DNA from: Phyllobates terribilis
Lineage: Eukaryota
Assembly: GCF_046119375.1 (NCBI RefSeq)
Contig: NW_027362767.1
Location: 255,688,001-255,752,000, forward strand
DNA: 64,000 nucleotides
Reading direction: 5' to 3'
A program made the position numbers and the translations under genes. The notes beneath the pieces were generated by a model. That model searched no databases. It had not been told where the DNA came from and saw nothing but the letters and a program-made list of their open reading frames with translations. Positions 13,391 to 38,434 of the stretch are shown piece by piece. How positions within the stretch are numbered: position 1 is the stretch's first letter; every line of letters begins with the position of its first letter.

Positions 13391-15027
13391 CAGTTAGGTC
13401 CATATATATTTGGACAGAGACAACATTTTTCTAATTTTGGTTCTAGACATTACCACAATGAATTTTAAACAAAACAATTCAGATGCAGTTGAAGTTCAGA
13501 CTTTCAGCTTTCATTTGAGGGTATCCACATTAAAATTGGATGAAGGGTTTAGGAGTTTCAGCTCCTTAACATGTGCCACCCTGTTTTTAAAGGGACCAAA
13601 AGTAATTGGACAATTGACTCCAAGGCTATTTCATGGACAGGTGTGGGCAGTCCCTTCGTTATGTCATTCTCAATTAAGCAGATAAAAGGCCTGGAGTTGA
13701 TTTGAGGTGTGGTGCTTGCATTTGGAAGGTTTTGCTGTGAAGTAAAAATGTGGTCAAAGGAGCTCTCCATGCAGGTGAAACAAGCCATCCTTAAGCTGCA
13801 AAAACAGAAAAAACCCATCCGAGAAATTGCTACAATATTAGGAGTGGCAAAATCTACAGTTTGGTACATCCTGAGAAAGAAAGAAAGCACTGGTGAACTC
13901 ATCAATGCAAAAAGACCTGGGCGCCCACGGAAGACAACAGTGGTGGATGATCGCAGAATAATCTCCATGGTGAAGAGAAACCCCTTCACAACAGCCAACC
14001 AAGTGAACAACACTCTCCAGGAGGTAGGCGCATCAATATCCAAATCTACCATAAAGAGAAGACTGCATGAAAGTAAATACAGAGGGTTCACTGCACGGTG
14101 CAAGCCACTCATAAGCATCAAGAATAAAAAGGCTAGACTTGTCTTTGCTAAAAAAAACATCTAAAAAAGCCAGCAGAGTTCTGGAAGAACATTCTTTGGA
14201 CAGATGAAACCAAGATCAACTTCTACCAGAATGATGGAAAGAGAAAAGTATGGCGAAGGCGTGGTACAGCTCATGATCCAAAGCATACCACATCATCTGT
14301 AAAACACGGTGGAGGCAGTGTGATGGCTTGGGCATGCATGGCTGCCAGTAGCACTGGGTCACTAGTGTTTATTGATGATGTGACACAGGACAGAAGCAGC
14401 CGAATGAATTCTGATGTATTCAGAGCCATACTGTGTGCTCAGATCCAGCCTAATGCAGCCAAACTGATTGGTCGTCGTTTCATACTACAGATGGGCAATG
14501 ACCTAAAACATAAAGCCAAAGCAACCCAGGAGCTTATTAAAGCAAAGAAGTGGAATATTCTTGAATGGCCAAGTCAGTCACCTGATCTCAACCCAATTGA
14601 GCATGCATTTCACTTGTTAAAGACTAAACTTCAGACAGAAAGGCCCACAAACAGCAACTGAAAACCACCGCAGTGAAGGCCTGGCAGAGCATCAAAAAGG
14701 AGGAAACACAGCGTCTGGTGATGTCCATGAGTTCAAGACTTCAGGCAGTCATTGCCAACAAAGGGTTTTCAACCAAGTACTAGAAATGAACATTTTATTT
14801 ATAATTATTTAATCTGTCCAATTACTTTTGGTCCCTTTAAAAACAGGGTGGGACATGTTAAGGAGCTGAAACTCCTAAACCCTTCATCCAATTTTAATGT
14901 GGATACCCTCAAATGAAAGCTGAAAGTCTGAACTTCAACTGCATCTGAATTGTTTTGTTTTGTGTTAATGTCTAGAACCAAAATTAGAAAAATGTTGTCT
15001 CTGTCCAAATATATATGGACCTAACTA
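13391..15027 (+). mobile_element. Tc1-family DNA transposon, full length, transposase frameshifted
   Basis: TA-flanked ~200-bp TIRs (CAGTTAGGTCCATATATATTTGGACAG... and its reverse complement ending at 15027). Transposase MWSKELSMQVKQAILKL... starts at 13748, with GRPRK, WTDETK and [13 protein letters not shown] motifs. Frameshifts near 14160 and 14650. Confidence 0.95.
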
Positions 15028-15296
15028 TACTTACATAGTTTCCCCCACACATTATGATGCACCCACAACGCTCCCAATACACGAGATGCCTCCACAGTGC
15101 CTCCCACTCCGTTATCTTTTCGCAATGTGCTCCTGATGGTGCAGAAAGCACGCACAGGCTGGATGGTGGAGCAAGGAGCAGACAGGTCCAGGTCCCTGCT
15201 CCACCACTTTGCTCATTGGAATGCTGGAAGTTGGAAACGGGATCCATGAGTGTCCCTCTGGATCCAGGACACTTGGGAGATAGGATTTAGTATATA

Positions 15297-16940
15297 CAGT
15301 TATATGAAAAAGTTTGTCACCCCTATTAATCTTAATGTTTTATAAAAATTGGTGTTTTTGCAACAGCTATTTCAGTTTGATATATGTAATAACTGTTGGA
15401 CACAGTAATGTTTCTGCCTTGAAATGAGGTTTATTGTACTAACAGAAAATGTGCAATCTGCATTCAAACAAAATTTGACAGGTGCATAAGTATGGGCACC
15501 TCACCAGAAAGGTGACATTAATATTTAGTAGATCCTCCTTTTGTAAAAATAACAGCCTCTAGTCGCTTCCTGTAGCTTTTAATGAGTTCCTGGATCCTGG
15601 ATGAAGGTATTTTTGACCATTCCTCTTTATTAAACAATTCCAGTTCAGTTAAGTTTGATGGTCGCCGAGCATGGACAGCCCTCTTCAAATGATCCCACAG
15701 ATGTTCAATGATATTCAGGTCTGGGGACTGGGATGGCCATTCCAGAACATTGTAATTGTTCCTCTGCATGAATGCCTGAGTAGATTTGGAGCGGTGTTTT
15801 GGATCATTGTCTTGCTGAAAGATCCATCCCCTGCGTAACTTCAACTTTGTCACTGATTCTTGAACATTATTGTCAAGAATCTGCTGATACTGAGTGGAAT
15901 CCATGCGTCCTTCAACTTTAACAAGATTCCCGGTGCCGGCATTGGCCACACAGCCCCAAAGCATCATGGAACCTCCACCAAATTTTACTGTGGGTAGCCA
16001 GTGTTTTTCTTGGAATGCTGTGTTTTTTTGCCGCCATGCATAACGCCTTTTTGTATGACCAAACAACTCAATCTTGGTTTCATCAGTCCACAGGACCTTC
16101 TTCCAAAAAGAAATTGGCTTCTCCAAATGTGCTTTTGCATACCTCAGCCGACTCTGTTTGTGGCGTGCTTGCAGAAACGGCTTCTTTCGCATCACTCTCC
16201 CATACAGCTTCTCCTTGTGCAAAGAGCGTTGTATAGTTGACCGATGCACAGTGACACCATCTGCAGCAAGTTGATGCTGCAGCTCTCTGGAGGTGGTCTG
16301 AGGATTGTCCTTGACTGATCTCACCATTCTTCTTCTCTGCCTTTCTGATGTTTTTCTTGGCCTGCCACTTCTGGCCTTAACAAGAACTGTCCCTGTGTTC
16401 TTCCATTTCCTTACTATGTTCCTCACAGTGGAAACTGACAGGTTAAATCTCTGAGACAGCTTTTTGTATCCTTCCCCTGAACAACTATGTTGAATAATCT
16501 TTGTTTTCAGATAATTTGACAATTGTTTTGAGGAGCCCATGATGCCACTCTTCAGAGGAGATTCAAACAGGAGAACAACTTGCAAGTCGCCACTTTAAGT
16601 AGCTTTTCTCATGATTGCATACACCTGGCTATGAAGTTCAAAGCTCAATGAGGTTACAAAACCAAAAAAAGTACTTTAGTAAGTCAGTAAAAATGTAGGT
16701 AGGAGTATTTAAAACAAGAAAATGATAAGGGTGCCCATACTTAAGCACCTGTCAAATTTTGTTTGAATGCAGATTGCACATTTTCTGTTAGTACAATAAA
16801 CCTCATTTCAAGGCAGAAACATTACTGTGTCCAACAGTTATTACATATATCAAACTGAAATAGCTGCTGCAAAAACACCAATTTTTATAAAACATTAAGC
16901 TTAAGATTGATAGGGGTGCCCAAACTTTTTCATATAACTG
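15297..16940 (-). mobile_element. Tc1-family (DD34E) transposon, full length, IR/DR-type long TIRs
   Basis: TA at both ends; ~205-bp TIRs beginning CAGTTATATGAAAAAGTTTG; the inner motif (TATGGGCACC) resembles the outer one. Confidence 0.97.
15518..16540 (-). CDS. Intact 340-aa Tc1 DD34E transposase
   Basis: Uninterrupted ORF MGSSKQLS...GGSTKY with an N-terminal HTH, GRPRK, WTDETK, QQDNDPKH and SPDLNIIE. The second D and the E are 34 residues apart (counted). Confidence 0.93.
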   Translation of the reverse strand: MGSSKQLSNYLKTKIIQHSCSGEGYKKLSQRFNLSVSTVRNIVRKWKNTGTVLVKARSGRPRKTSERQRRRMVRSVKDNPQTTSRELQHQLAADGVTVHRSTIQRSLHKEKLYGRVMRKKPFLQARHKQSRLRYAKAHLEKPISFWKKVLWTDETKIELFGHTKRRYAWRQKNTAFQEKHWLPTVKFGGGSMMLWGCVANAGTGNLVKVEGRMDSTQYQQILDNNVQESVTKLKLRRGWIFQQDNDPKHRSKSTQAFMQRNNYNVLEWPSQSPDLNIIEHLWDHLKRAVHARRPSNLTELELFNKEEWSKIPSSRIQELIKSYRKRLEAVIFTKGGSTKY

Positions 16941-19611
16941 TATGAAAAGCAGAGGATGCCATAAGAGTCCATTCACATAACATATACCAGCCAACATGTG
17001 CCATAAGCGCCCTCTTCTCTTCTCTCTCGGAATATACTGCTCAGTTGGCATGTGCCCAGAGCCGCAGGTTATACGTGCTGCAGTACATGGCTGTCTGGGG
17101 GTTTACAGAACGTCTCTTTGTTCTTGCTCATGGAGGAGGGTTTAGGACAAGGACCCCTTTCTATATATATTTTCTGGTTAGCCAATAAAGGTATCACCCC
17201 AAGAATACTTTTGTCATTTTTGGCATACAAGTATTTACATCTATACCCTCCCTAATAAGGTGTATATAGAGGCGCTCACCTCATGAGACATCCCGTATAC
17301 CACTGCTCTAGTTACAATGCTGAAAACAAAGCACCGTCCACCGAAGCCTAAACTGAAGGGTGGCGGACCCCTTTTCCCCATTTCTCATCTGGCACGGTGT
17401 TGGAATTGGAAATAACCAAATTATCTTGGACAGTGTATTGTTATACTTGTGCCTTATAAAAACCTATGGGAACATTAAAGCAGATCTGTTGTCACAATGG
17501 GCTACTAGTTAGGGTCAGTGATAGAGGCACGGGCATACACTGGCCTAAGTCACTCTGATGCCAACCTATATAATAGAATGCCCCAAAAATGGAGTCCATA
17601 GCAGATTCCACGCTGCCATAGGGAAGCTGGCATTACTCCAGGAGTAGGTTGTCACCCACTGCCAACATCACAGGGAAGGATTCATCATTACTGTATTAAG
17701 AAGCCGGCCCCGATCAGTGGGCAATCACTTTCCTTGCTGGGCTTCTTGTCCGTGTGACTTATCCCATAGATCTGACGTCTGGGACTTCAGGCCGCGTCCA
17801 ATATCCCTATTTCTTGGCACATTCAATATTCTGAGATTCTAGAAAGAGAAGACATGACTTCACATAAAGCTGTAGATGCCGTAACGTGGAGCGAGACGCG
17901 CTGGGCGATAATGATGGGAAGCGGCTCAGGTTTCAGCTCCATTACATTTCCAATCATCCAGTTTCCAGCACATTACTCCTCTTAAAGGGGACATACATTT
18001 TAACCTGACTTTTGGCAGGCGGGTCTCGTAAAGTTAAACAAAGACTACTAATTTAGCTTTATAGGATATCGTACAGACACTTTCATTTAATAGAGGAGCA
18101 GTCTATTGTATAGCACCAGGGCAGGAGGGCACTCGATCACAGTCTATAGGGAACGTAAAGACGTCACATGGGGGTAGGTAATACATACACCGGCCCATGA
18201 GAAATCAGCAATGGCTCCTTGAAGAAGATTTAACCAGAATGGGACAAAAAAAATGAGGTGTTTGGTTGAGAAAAAGCTGAACACATCATTGCATAATGCA
18301 TTTTCCAGATCTGCTTACAGTCAGTGAATGCAAACAACAGTTACATCCAGACCTGTCCTGATCCTGCTCTGAAGGACGATGAGGAATCGGGGTGCAGCTC
18401 TGGGGGCGCAGGTGATTGGTCCTAGGTGACAGCATTGGTCGCCCCCATTACCCTGGAGCTGGTCCTGGCACCTCTATCAATTAGCAGGATTGAGACCAGA
18501 TACACCACCACAAAGCCAGTCTACAGCCACACCCTCCATTCTGTATGACATAACTCATGACGGACCCCTGCAGGGGTCAATGGGCTGTATGGCACCGGCC
18601 CATGCCGTCATATATCCCAGACAGAATGACAGATGTCCCTGTAATTAGCCCGGGTAATCAATACATCAGCGACGGCCACCACTGCAGAAAAAGCCAAAAA
18701 CATATGTAGCAGAGCTGAATTGTCACTTTGCTTTCCATTGTGCACTGTGATAACACGTGCAGTCCTACGTAAGACCAGAGATGTCACATCATGAGGTCAC
18801 CATATGCTTCAAATGATAAACTGGACCGGGCCTGCTATCTCGCCCTTTGCACTGCTAATGGTTTAGGAGGGTGTATATATATTTTTTTTAGCATCACACA
18901 ACAGTATTTATCTCCAATACACAAATGTAGCAGAGCTGAATTGATTCTTCATCGATTTTTATGTGCCGTAATACCCTAAGTGGTATGGCAATAGTTTAAT
19001 TGGAAGTGGTAAGAGTATAGGGGGGGGGGGGGGGTTGCAATTGTTACTTGTTGAGGCCCTATAGTCAAGGGATCCCACAGGACCCCCATGTGAAGGCTTG
19101 GAGGAAAAGAGAAGTTAGGAGCGGTCAGTACACGCCCGACTATTCCATGGTCAGAGGTCTGATCAATTTTGGGGTCTAGATTCAATAAAAGGGTCTGGGA
19201 TCTGATACAGGTCCAGAAGAATTTAGGGGTTTGGGGGTCAGAATTAATTCAGAGGTCAGGGGTCTAAATTCAAGGTGCTGATTCCAGATCTAAATTTAGG
19301 GGTTTGGTCTAGGGCGAGGATAAATTTAAGTTCTATCGTCTTGTTACTTAGGAGGTCTGCATTCATTTAAGAGCCATCTTTTGGACCCCTGATGCTCTAT
19401 TGTAGTGTTGCTGGTGACCCCTACCAGTCTCCAGTCGTCTTCTTCCATCAGGGGAGTAACTGAGTCACCACTGCATTCTGTTGTTATGGGGCCAACTGTG
19501 TGTATTGTCCCAGCATGCTCTGGTCTTTGTACAGATGTAGCAGAGCTGAGTTTGTCAATGTACAGTAAATGAAGCAGAAGCCACAAGGCGATAAACACGA
19601 CCACAGGAAGA

Positions 19612-19617
19612 TTTATT
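19612..19617 (-). terminator. Candidate poly(A) signal of ATP6AP1
   Basis: AATAAA on the - strand ~775 nt after the stop codon. Confidence 0.5.
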
Positions 19618-20391
19618 TCATTTCTGATAATTTATACAGTGAATAGTTAGAGGAACAAAAAAAATTGTACATAAAACTCATTCATTTTAGAGAGCACGTC
19701 ACAATGAGCATATATCCAACACAGAATCACGTGACTACAGCCGTCAATGCACTACAGATCCCAGCATTATCCAACCACAAATAAATAGCGATTCTTCTAT
19801 GTACACATCCTAGAGAATTTATACAACGTGGTCGCGCCCCCTGCTGGGTACACAGGGGGGCCGGAACTTTGCAGATAGCTTTCTGTTTTCGGCGCCAGGT
19901 TGTGCCTTCTTACGCCCGTCGGTGTGACAGACACCCGACAGTTACTAATTATCAGCGTTTTCGGTAATTTTCTGTTCGAGCAGTGGCCGGGGATGGGAGG
20001 ATCTCACAGAAGGGGCAACTGAAAACAAAGGCATGGCTACCACTTCCTCGACTGACCTTAGCCTTACATATGCAGTTCTATAAACGAGAGGACGCTTAAT
20101 TATAAGTTTCATTAACCCTTAAATCTCTTAATACTAGATCAAGATAGTAAACATTAAAAAAGTGCCCCCCTTCTCCACCACTGAGGTACGAGATCTATTA
20201 TGCCTCAGCCATTGGTAAAGGAAAGCAACAAAGCAATCACCGACAACACAAAGGTAAACCAGGCCCCTCACATGGGCACGTGTATGAGGATGACAGTCTG
20301 GGAGATACATGTATGGAATGTAATAGGATCTGGGCATGGGCGAGGGAGGACACTGCCGTGAGGGGGAATAGGGGCGAGTTCAACCGCAAGA

Positions 20392-31649
<11,258 letters not shown>

Positions 31650-31657
<8 letters not shown>

Positions 31658-31830
31658 CTTCCTGCTGCTCACACAGGGAAGACCATCACATGATTAACAC
31701 CGGTCAGGTGACAAGGGCTAAGATCATTGGACGCCGTCAGTGTCAATCAGGGAGCGGCCAGGAGGCGGGACAAACGTACTGAATGCTGATTGGAGCATAG
31801 GAACCTAACCCGATGCATGCGCCGTAGAGG
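31650..31830 (-). promoter_or_regulatory. Probable ATP6AP1 proximal promoter
   Basis: YY1-type AAGATGGCGG overlapping the ATG, two CCAAT boxes (- strand, ~31726 and ~31788) and a GC box GGAGGCGGGA (~31761). Confidence 0.55.
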
Positions 31831-32343
31831 CTAGATATTAAAACCGGAGCATGCGCAGTGATGTGTACTGCAGCCATAAAAATGCAGGTGCAGCTGGAAC
31901 AGTCATTGTGTGTGTGACCCAAATCTGCACAGGAAAAGGAGGTCTCAGTGCTGCACTGCTCCTGGCACACGGCGTACAAGGGTTCCCTCTGCCCCCTCCC
32001 TGTACCCTGCAGGATGTGCAGCCTGTGTGACACAAGGCCTTGCTACATGTGCTGCCTCCCCGCTGCAGTTCTCAGGCTGCAGGTACATGTGATGCTGTGC
32101 CACCGCCAGGGGGAGCTCCAGCAATCACTGTGAGCGCATGTCGCCGCGCAATCCACAAACGCAAGAGGCGGGATATCCGCACAGTCCGGGAACACTGCCG
32201 TCTGCTCTGCACCAAAGCGCCTTTATAATGACCAAGGCAGCATGGAAACTGTTCTGTGGTGAAATTCTTTCTGGAAAAAGCGGACTCAGGAGAAGGATCA
32301 GCTCCATCTGTACGTCCCATAGGCTATACAGCGACCCTGGCCA

Positions 32344-35300
32344 TGACCCCCGTCACTGCAGAGTCATGTAGGTGACTGGGGTCGCACTGCGCGGTGACCT
32401 CGGCCATCACACTCGTCACTGCAGCGTCATGTAGGTGACTGGGGTCGCACTGCGCGGTGACCTCGGCCATCACACTCGTCACTGCAGCGTCATGTAGGTG
32501 ACTGGGGTCGCACTGCGCGGTGACCTCGGCCATCACACTCGTCACTGCAGCGTCATGTAGGTGACTGGGGTCGCACTGCGCGGTGACCTCGGCCATCACA
32601 CTCGTCACTGCAGCGTCATGTAGGTGACTGGGGTCGCACTGCACGGTGACCTCAGCCATCATACCCATCACTGCTACATAGCGTCATTTAGGTGACTGGG
32701 GTCGCACTGCGCAGCGATCTCGGCCATCATACTCGGCACAGCAGCAGTAGGTGACTGGGGTCGCACTGCACGGTAACCTCAGCCATCATACCCATCACTG
32801 CTACATAGCGTCATTTAGGTGACTGGGGTCGCACTGCGCGGCGATCTCGGCCATCATACTCGGCACAGCAGCAGTAGGTGACTGGGGTCGCACTGCACGG
32901 TAACCTCAGCCATCATACCCATCATTGCTACATAGCGTCATTTAGGTGACTGGGGTCGCATGGCGCGGTGACCTCGGCCATCACACTCGTCACTGCAGCG
33001 TCATGTAGGTGATTGGGGTCTCACTGCGTGTAACCTCGGCCATCATACTCGTCACTGCAACGGTAGGTGACTGGGGTCGCACTGCACGGTGACCTCAGCC
33101 ATCATACCCATCACTGCTACATAGCAACGTCATGTAGGTGACTGGGGTCGCACTGCACGGTAACCTCAGCCATCATACCCATCACTGCTACATAGCGTCA
33201 TTTAGGTGACTGGGGTCGCACGGCGCGGTGACCTCGGCCATCATACTCGTCACTGCAGCGTCATGTAGGTGATTGGGGTCTCACTGCGCGTAACCTCGGC
33301 CATCATACTCATCACTGCAGCGTCATGTAGGTGACTGGGGTCGCACTGCGCGGTGACCTCGGCCATCACACTCGTCACTGCAGCGTCATGTAGGTGACTG
33401 GGGTCGCACTGCGCGGTGACCTCGGCCATCACACTCGTCACTGCAGCGTCATGTAGGTGACTGGGGTCGCACTGCGCGGTGACCTCGGCCATCACACTCG
33501 TCACTGCAGCGTCATGTAGGTGACTGGGGTCGCACTGCGCGGTGACCTCGGCCATCACACTCGTCACTGCAGCGTCATGTAGGTGACTGGGGTCGCACTG
33601 CACGGTGACCTCAGCCATCATACCCATCACTGCTACATAGCGTCATTTAGGTGACTGGGGTCGCACTGCGCAGCGATCTCGGCCATCATACTCGGCACAG
33701 CAGCAGTAGGTGACTGGGGTCGCACTGCACGGTAACCTCAGCCATCATACCCATCACTGCTACATAGCGTCATTTAGGTGACTGGGGTCGCACTGCGCGG
33801 CGATCTCGGCCATCATACTCGGCACAGCAGCAGTAGGTGACTGGGGTCGCACTGCACGGTAACCTCAGCCATCATACCCATCATTGCTACATAGCGTCAT
33901 TTAGGTGACTGGGGTCGCATGGCGCGGTGACCTCGGCCATCACACTCGTCACTGCAGCGTCATGTAGGTGATTGGGGTCTCACTGCGTGTAACCTCGGCC
34001 ATCATACTCGTCACTGCAACGGTAGGTGACTGGGGTCGCACTGCACGGTGACCTCAGCCATCATACCCATCACTGCTACATAGCAACGTCATGTAGGTGA
34101 CTGGGGTCGCACTGCACGGTAACCTCAGCCATCATACCCATCACTGCTACATAGCGTCATTTAGGTGACTGGGGTCGCACGGCGCGGTGACCTCGGCCAT
34201 CATACTCGTCACTGCAGCGTCATGTAGGTGATTGGGGTCTCACTGCGCGTAACCTCGGCCATCATACTCATCACTGCAACGGTAGGTGACTGGGGTCGCA
34301 CTGCACGGTGACCTCAGCCATCATACCCATCACTGCTACATAGCAACGTCATTTAGGTGACTGGGGTCGCACTGCGCGGCGACCTCGGCCATCATACTCG
34401 GCACAGCAGCAGTAGGTGACTGGGGTCGCACTGCACGGTAACCTCGGCCATCATACGCATCACTGCTACATAGCGTCATTTAGGTGACTGGGGTCGCACT
34501 GCGCGGTGACCTCGGCCATCACACTCGTCACTGCAGTGTCATGTAGGTGACTGGGGTCGCACTGCACGGTGACCTTGGCCATGACCCCTGTCACTGCAGC
34601 GTCATGTAGGTGACTGGGGTCGCACTGCACGGTGACCTCAGCCATCACACTCGTCACTGCAACGTCATGTAGGTGACTGGGGTCGCACTGCGCGGTGACC
34701 TCGGCCATCACACTTGTCACTGCAGCGTCATGTAGTTGACTGGGGTCGCACTGCGCGGTGACCTCGGCCATCATACCCATCACTGCTACATAGCAGCGTC
34801 ATTTAGGTGACTGGGGTCGCACTGCACGGTAACCTCAGCCATCATACCCATCACTGCTACATAGCGCCATTTAGATGACTGGGGTCGCACGGCGCGGTGA
34901 CCTCGGCCATCATACTCGTCACTGCAGCGTCATGTAGGTGATTGGGGTCTCACTGCGCGTAACCTCGGCCATCATACTCGTCACTGCAACGGTAGGTGAC
35001 TGGGGTCGCACTGCACGGTGACCTCAGCCATCATACCCATCACTGCTACATAGCAACGTCATTTAGGTGACTGGGGTCGCACTGCGCGGTGACCTCGGCC
35101 ATCATACTCGGCACAGCAGCAGTAGGTGACTGGGGTCGCACTGCACGGTAACCTCGGCCATCATACGCATCACTGCTACATAGCGTCATTTAGGTGACTG
35201 GGGTCGCACTGCGCGGTGACCTCGGCCATCACACTCGTCACTGCAGCGTCATGTAGGTGACTGGGGTCGCACTGCACAGTGACCTTGGCCATGACCCCTG

Positions 35301-37730
35301 TCACTGCAGCGTCATGTAGGTGACTGGGGTCACACTGCACGGTGACCTCAGCCATCACACTCGTCAATGCAACGTCATGTAGGTGACTGGGGTCGCACTG
35401 CGCGGTGACCTCGGCCATCACACTTGTCACTGCAGCGTCATGTAGTTGACTGGGGTCGCACTGCGCGGTGACCTCGGCCATCATACCCATCACTGCTACA
35501 TAGCAGCGTCATGTAGGTGATTGGGGTCTCACTGCGCGTGACCTCGGCCATCATACTCGTCACTGCAGCGGTAGGTGACTGGGGTCGCACTGCACGGTGA
35601 CCTCAGCCATCATACCCATCACTGCTACATAGCAACGTCATGTAGGTGACTGGGGTCGCACTGCACGGTTACCTCAGCCATGATACCCATCACTGCTACA
35701 TAGCAGCGTCATGTAGGTGACTGGGGTCGCACTGCACGGTTACCTCAGCCATGATACCCATCACTGCTACATAGCAGCGTCATGTAGGTGACCTCGGCTA
35801 TCATACTCGGCACTGCGCGGTGACCTCAGCCATCATACTCGTCACTGCAGCGGTAGGTGACTGGGGTCGCACTGCACGGTGACCTCGGCCATCACTGCTA
35901 CATAGCAGCGTCATGCAGGTGACTGGGGTCGCACTGCACGGTGAACTCAGCCATCACACTCATCACTGCAGTGTCATATAGGTGACTTGGGTCGCACTGC
36001 ATGGTGACCTCGGCCATTACACTCGTCACTGCAGCGTCATGCAGGTGACTGGGGTCGCACTGCGCAGTGACCTCGGCCATCACTGCTACATAGCAGCGTC
36101 ATGCAGGTGACTGGGGTCGCACTGCGCAGTGACCTCAGCCATCATACTCGGCACTGCAGCGGTAGGTGACTGGGGTCACACTGCGCATTGACCACAGCCA
36201 TCATACCCATCACTGCTGCAGTAGGTGACTGTGGTCGCACTGCTCGGTGACCTCAGCCATCATACCCATTACTGCTACATAGCAGCGTCATGTAGGTGAC
36301 TGAGGTCGCACTGCACGGTGACCTCAGCCATCATACCCATCACTGCTACATAGCAACGTCATGCAGGTGACTGGGGTCGCACTGCGCGGTGACCTCGGCC
36401 ATCATACTCGACACTGCAGCGGTAGGTGACTGGATTCGCACTGTGCGGTGACCTCAGCCATCATACTCAGCACTGCAGCAGTAGGTGACTGTGGTCGCAC
36501 TGCTCGGTGACCTCAGCCATCATACCCATTACTGCTACATAGCAGCGTCATGTAGGTGACTGGGGTCGCACTGCACGGTGACCTCAGCCATCATACCCAT
36601 CACTGCTACATAGCAACGTCATGTAGGTGACTGGGGTCGCACTGCACGGTGACCTCAGCCATCATACCCATCACTGCTACATAGCAGCATCATGTAGGTG
36701 ACTGGGGCCGCACTGCACGGTGACCTCAGCCATCATACCCATCACTGCTACATAGCAGCGTCATGTAGGTGACTGGGGTCGCACTGCACGGTTACCTCAG
36801 CCATGATACCCATCACTGCTACATAGCAGCGTCATGTAGGTGACCTCGGCTATCATACTCGGCACTGCGCGGTGACCTCAGCCATCATACTCGTCACTGC
36901 AGCGGTAGGTGACTGGGGTCGCACTGCACGGTGACCTTGGCCATCACTGCTACATAGCAGCGTCATGCAGGTGACTGGGGTCGCACTGCACGGTGAACTC
37001 AGCCATCACACTCGTCACTGCAGTGTCATATAGGTGACTTGGGTTGCACTGCACGGTGACCTCGGCCATTACACTCGTCACTGCAGCGTCATGCAGGTGA
37101 CTGGGGTCGCACTGCGCAGTGACCTCGGCCATCACTGCTACATAGCAGCGTCATGCAGGTGACTGGGGTCGCACTGCGCAGTGACCTCAGCCATCATACT
37201 CGGCACTGCAGCGGTAGGTGACTGGGGTCACACTGCGCATTGACCACAGCCATCATACCCATCACTGCTACATAGCAGCGTCATGTAGGTGACTGGGGTC
37301 GCACTGCACGGTGACCTCGGCCATCACTGCTACATAGCAGCGTCATTTAGGTGACTGGGGTCGCACTGCGCGGTGACCTCGGCCATCATACTCGGCACTG
37401 CAGCGGTAGGTGACTGGATTCGCACTGTGCGGTGACCTCAGCCATCATACTCGGCACTGCAGCGGTAGGTGACTGGATTCGCACTGCTCGGTGACCTCAG
37501 CCATCATACCCATTACTGCTACATAGCAGCGTCATGTAGGTGACTGGGGTCGCACTGCGCGGTGACCACGGCCATCATACTTGTCACTGCAGCGGTAGGT
37601 GACTGCGGTCGCACTGCACGGTGACCTAAGCCATCACACTCGTCACTGTAGCTGTAGGTGACTGGGATCGCACTGCGCGGTGACCTCAGCCATCACACTC
37701 GTCACTGCAGCTGAAGGTGACTGGGGTCAC
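32344..37730. repeat. 63-bp CpG-rich minisatellite (~5.4 kb) between the TAFAZZIN 3' end and the ATP6AP1 promoter
   Basis: Unit GTCACTGCAGCGTCATGTAGGTGACTGGGGTCGCACTGCGCGGTGACCTCGGCCATCACACTC plus variants; block duplications of ~960, ~710 and ~1050 bp. Confidence 0.97.
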
Positions 37731-37913
37731 AAAAAGAAGCAGTTGGATTTTTTGCAGTGGCTTTTAGGTCACAGCATTCACCCACATTATGCTGCGCTGT
37801 GGTGTTGTGGCTCCATACACTGTGTAGTGGCCGATCTCGGTACTGCAGCTCAGCTCCAATTCATGGAAAAATGATGCACAAAACAAATGAAAAAAAGACA
37901 AATTATTTTTATC

Positions 37914-37919
37914 TTTATT
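37914..37919 (-). terminator. Candidate poly(A) signal of TAFAZZIN
   Basis: AATAAA on the - strand ~515 nt after the stop codon, followed by a T-rich downstream tract. Confidence 0.55.
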
Positions 37920-38434
37920 TGGAAAGACAGCTACAGAAAAATGGAGAGTATAAAACAGTCTTGTAGCCAGTGTGCATTCCTGCAGCTCAAGTATCATCCA
38001 TTTCATTACAATAAATAAAAGGCTGCACGAAAATGGGAAGACTCCAGGAATGGGACGAGCAGTGCAATGGGTGCAGACCACCTCACAACTCCATGAGACA
38101 TCATCAAAAGACCTGAAATCATGATTTATTTTTTACTTCACCCAGCTTAAAAATGGTTAAAATCATCGGGGTCCCAGCCAGGGTCAATGGATATAGGACT
38201 ACGTCATCCTATTTCCTCACCATGCGGCTTTTCTGGAAACAGCATTGGACCCGTAGAGTAAATGTTATTACTTCATGTATTTGTCACCTTCATGTTATGT
38301 AGCAGCAGACGGCGTCAACGCCAACGTAAATGAATGTACGGCGGAACCCGATGGGGCACAATGGATAAAAAAACTATAGGAAGGCATCTGGTGTGTGGCC
38401 GTGGTCGCTGGGGCACAGTTTCGGCGGCTTCTTG

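Noticed and set aside
18309-18411. Possible + strand exon (TTTTCCAG|...GCAG|GTGATT) encoding ICLQSVNANNSYIQTCPDPALKDDEESG
   Set aside because: No recognisable homology and no in-phase partner exons found; needs RNA-seq or BLAST.
12800-19500. Looked for GDI1 exon 1, expected downstream of ATP6AP1 from human synteny
   Set aside because: No MDEEYDVIVLGTG-like coding sequence was seen on either strand by eye.
32324-37135. Repetitive ORFs MAEVTAQCDPSHLHDAAVTS
   Set aside because: Translation of the 63-bp minisatellite; no splice or domain evidence.
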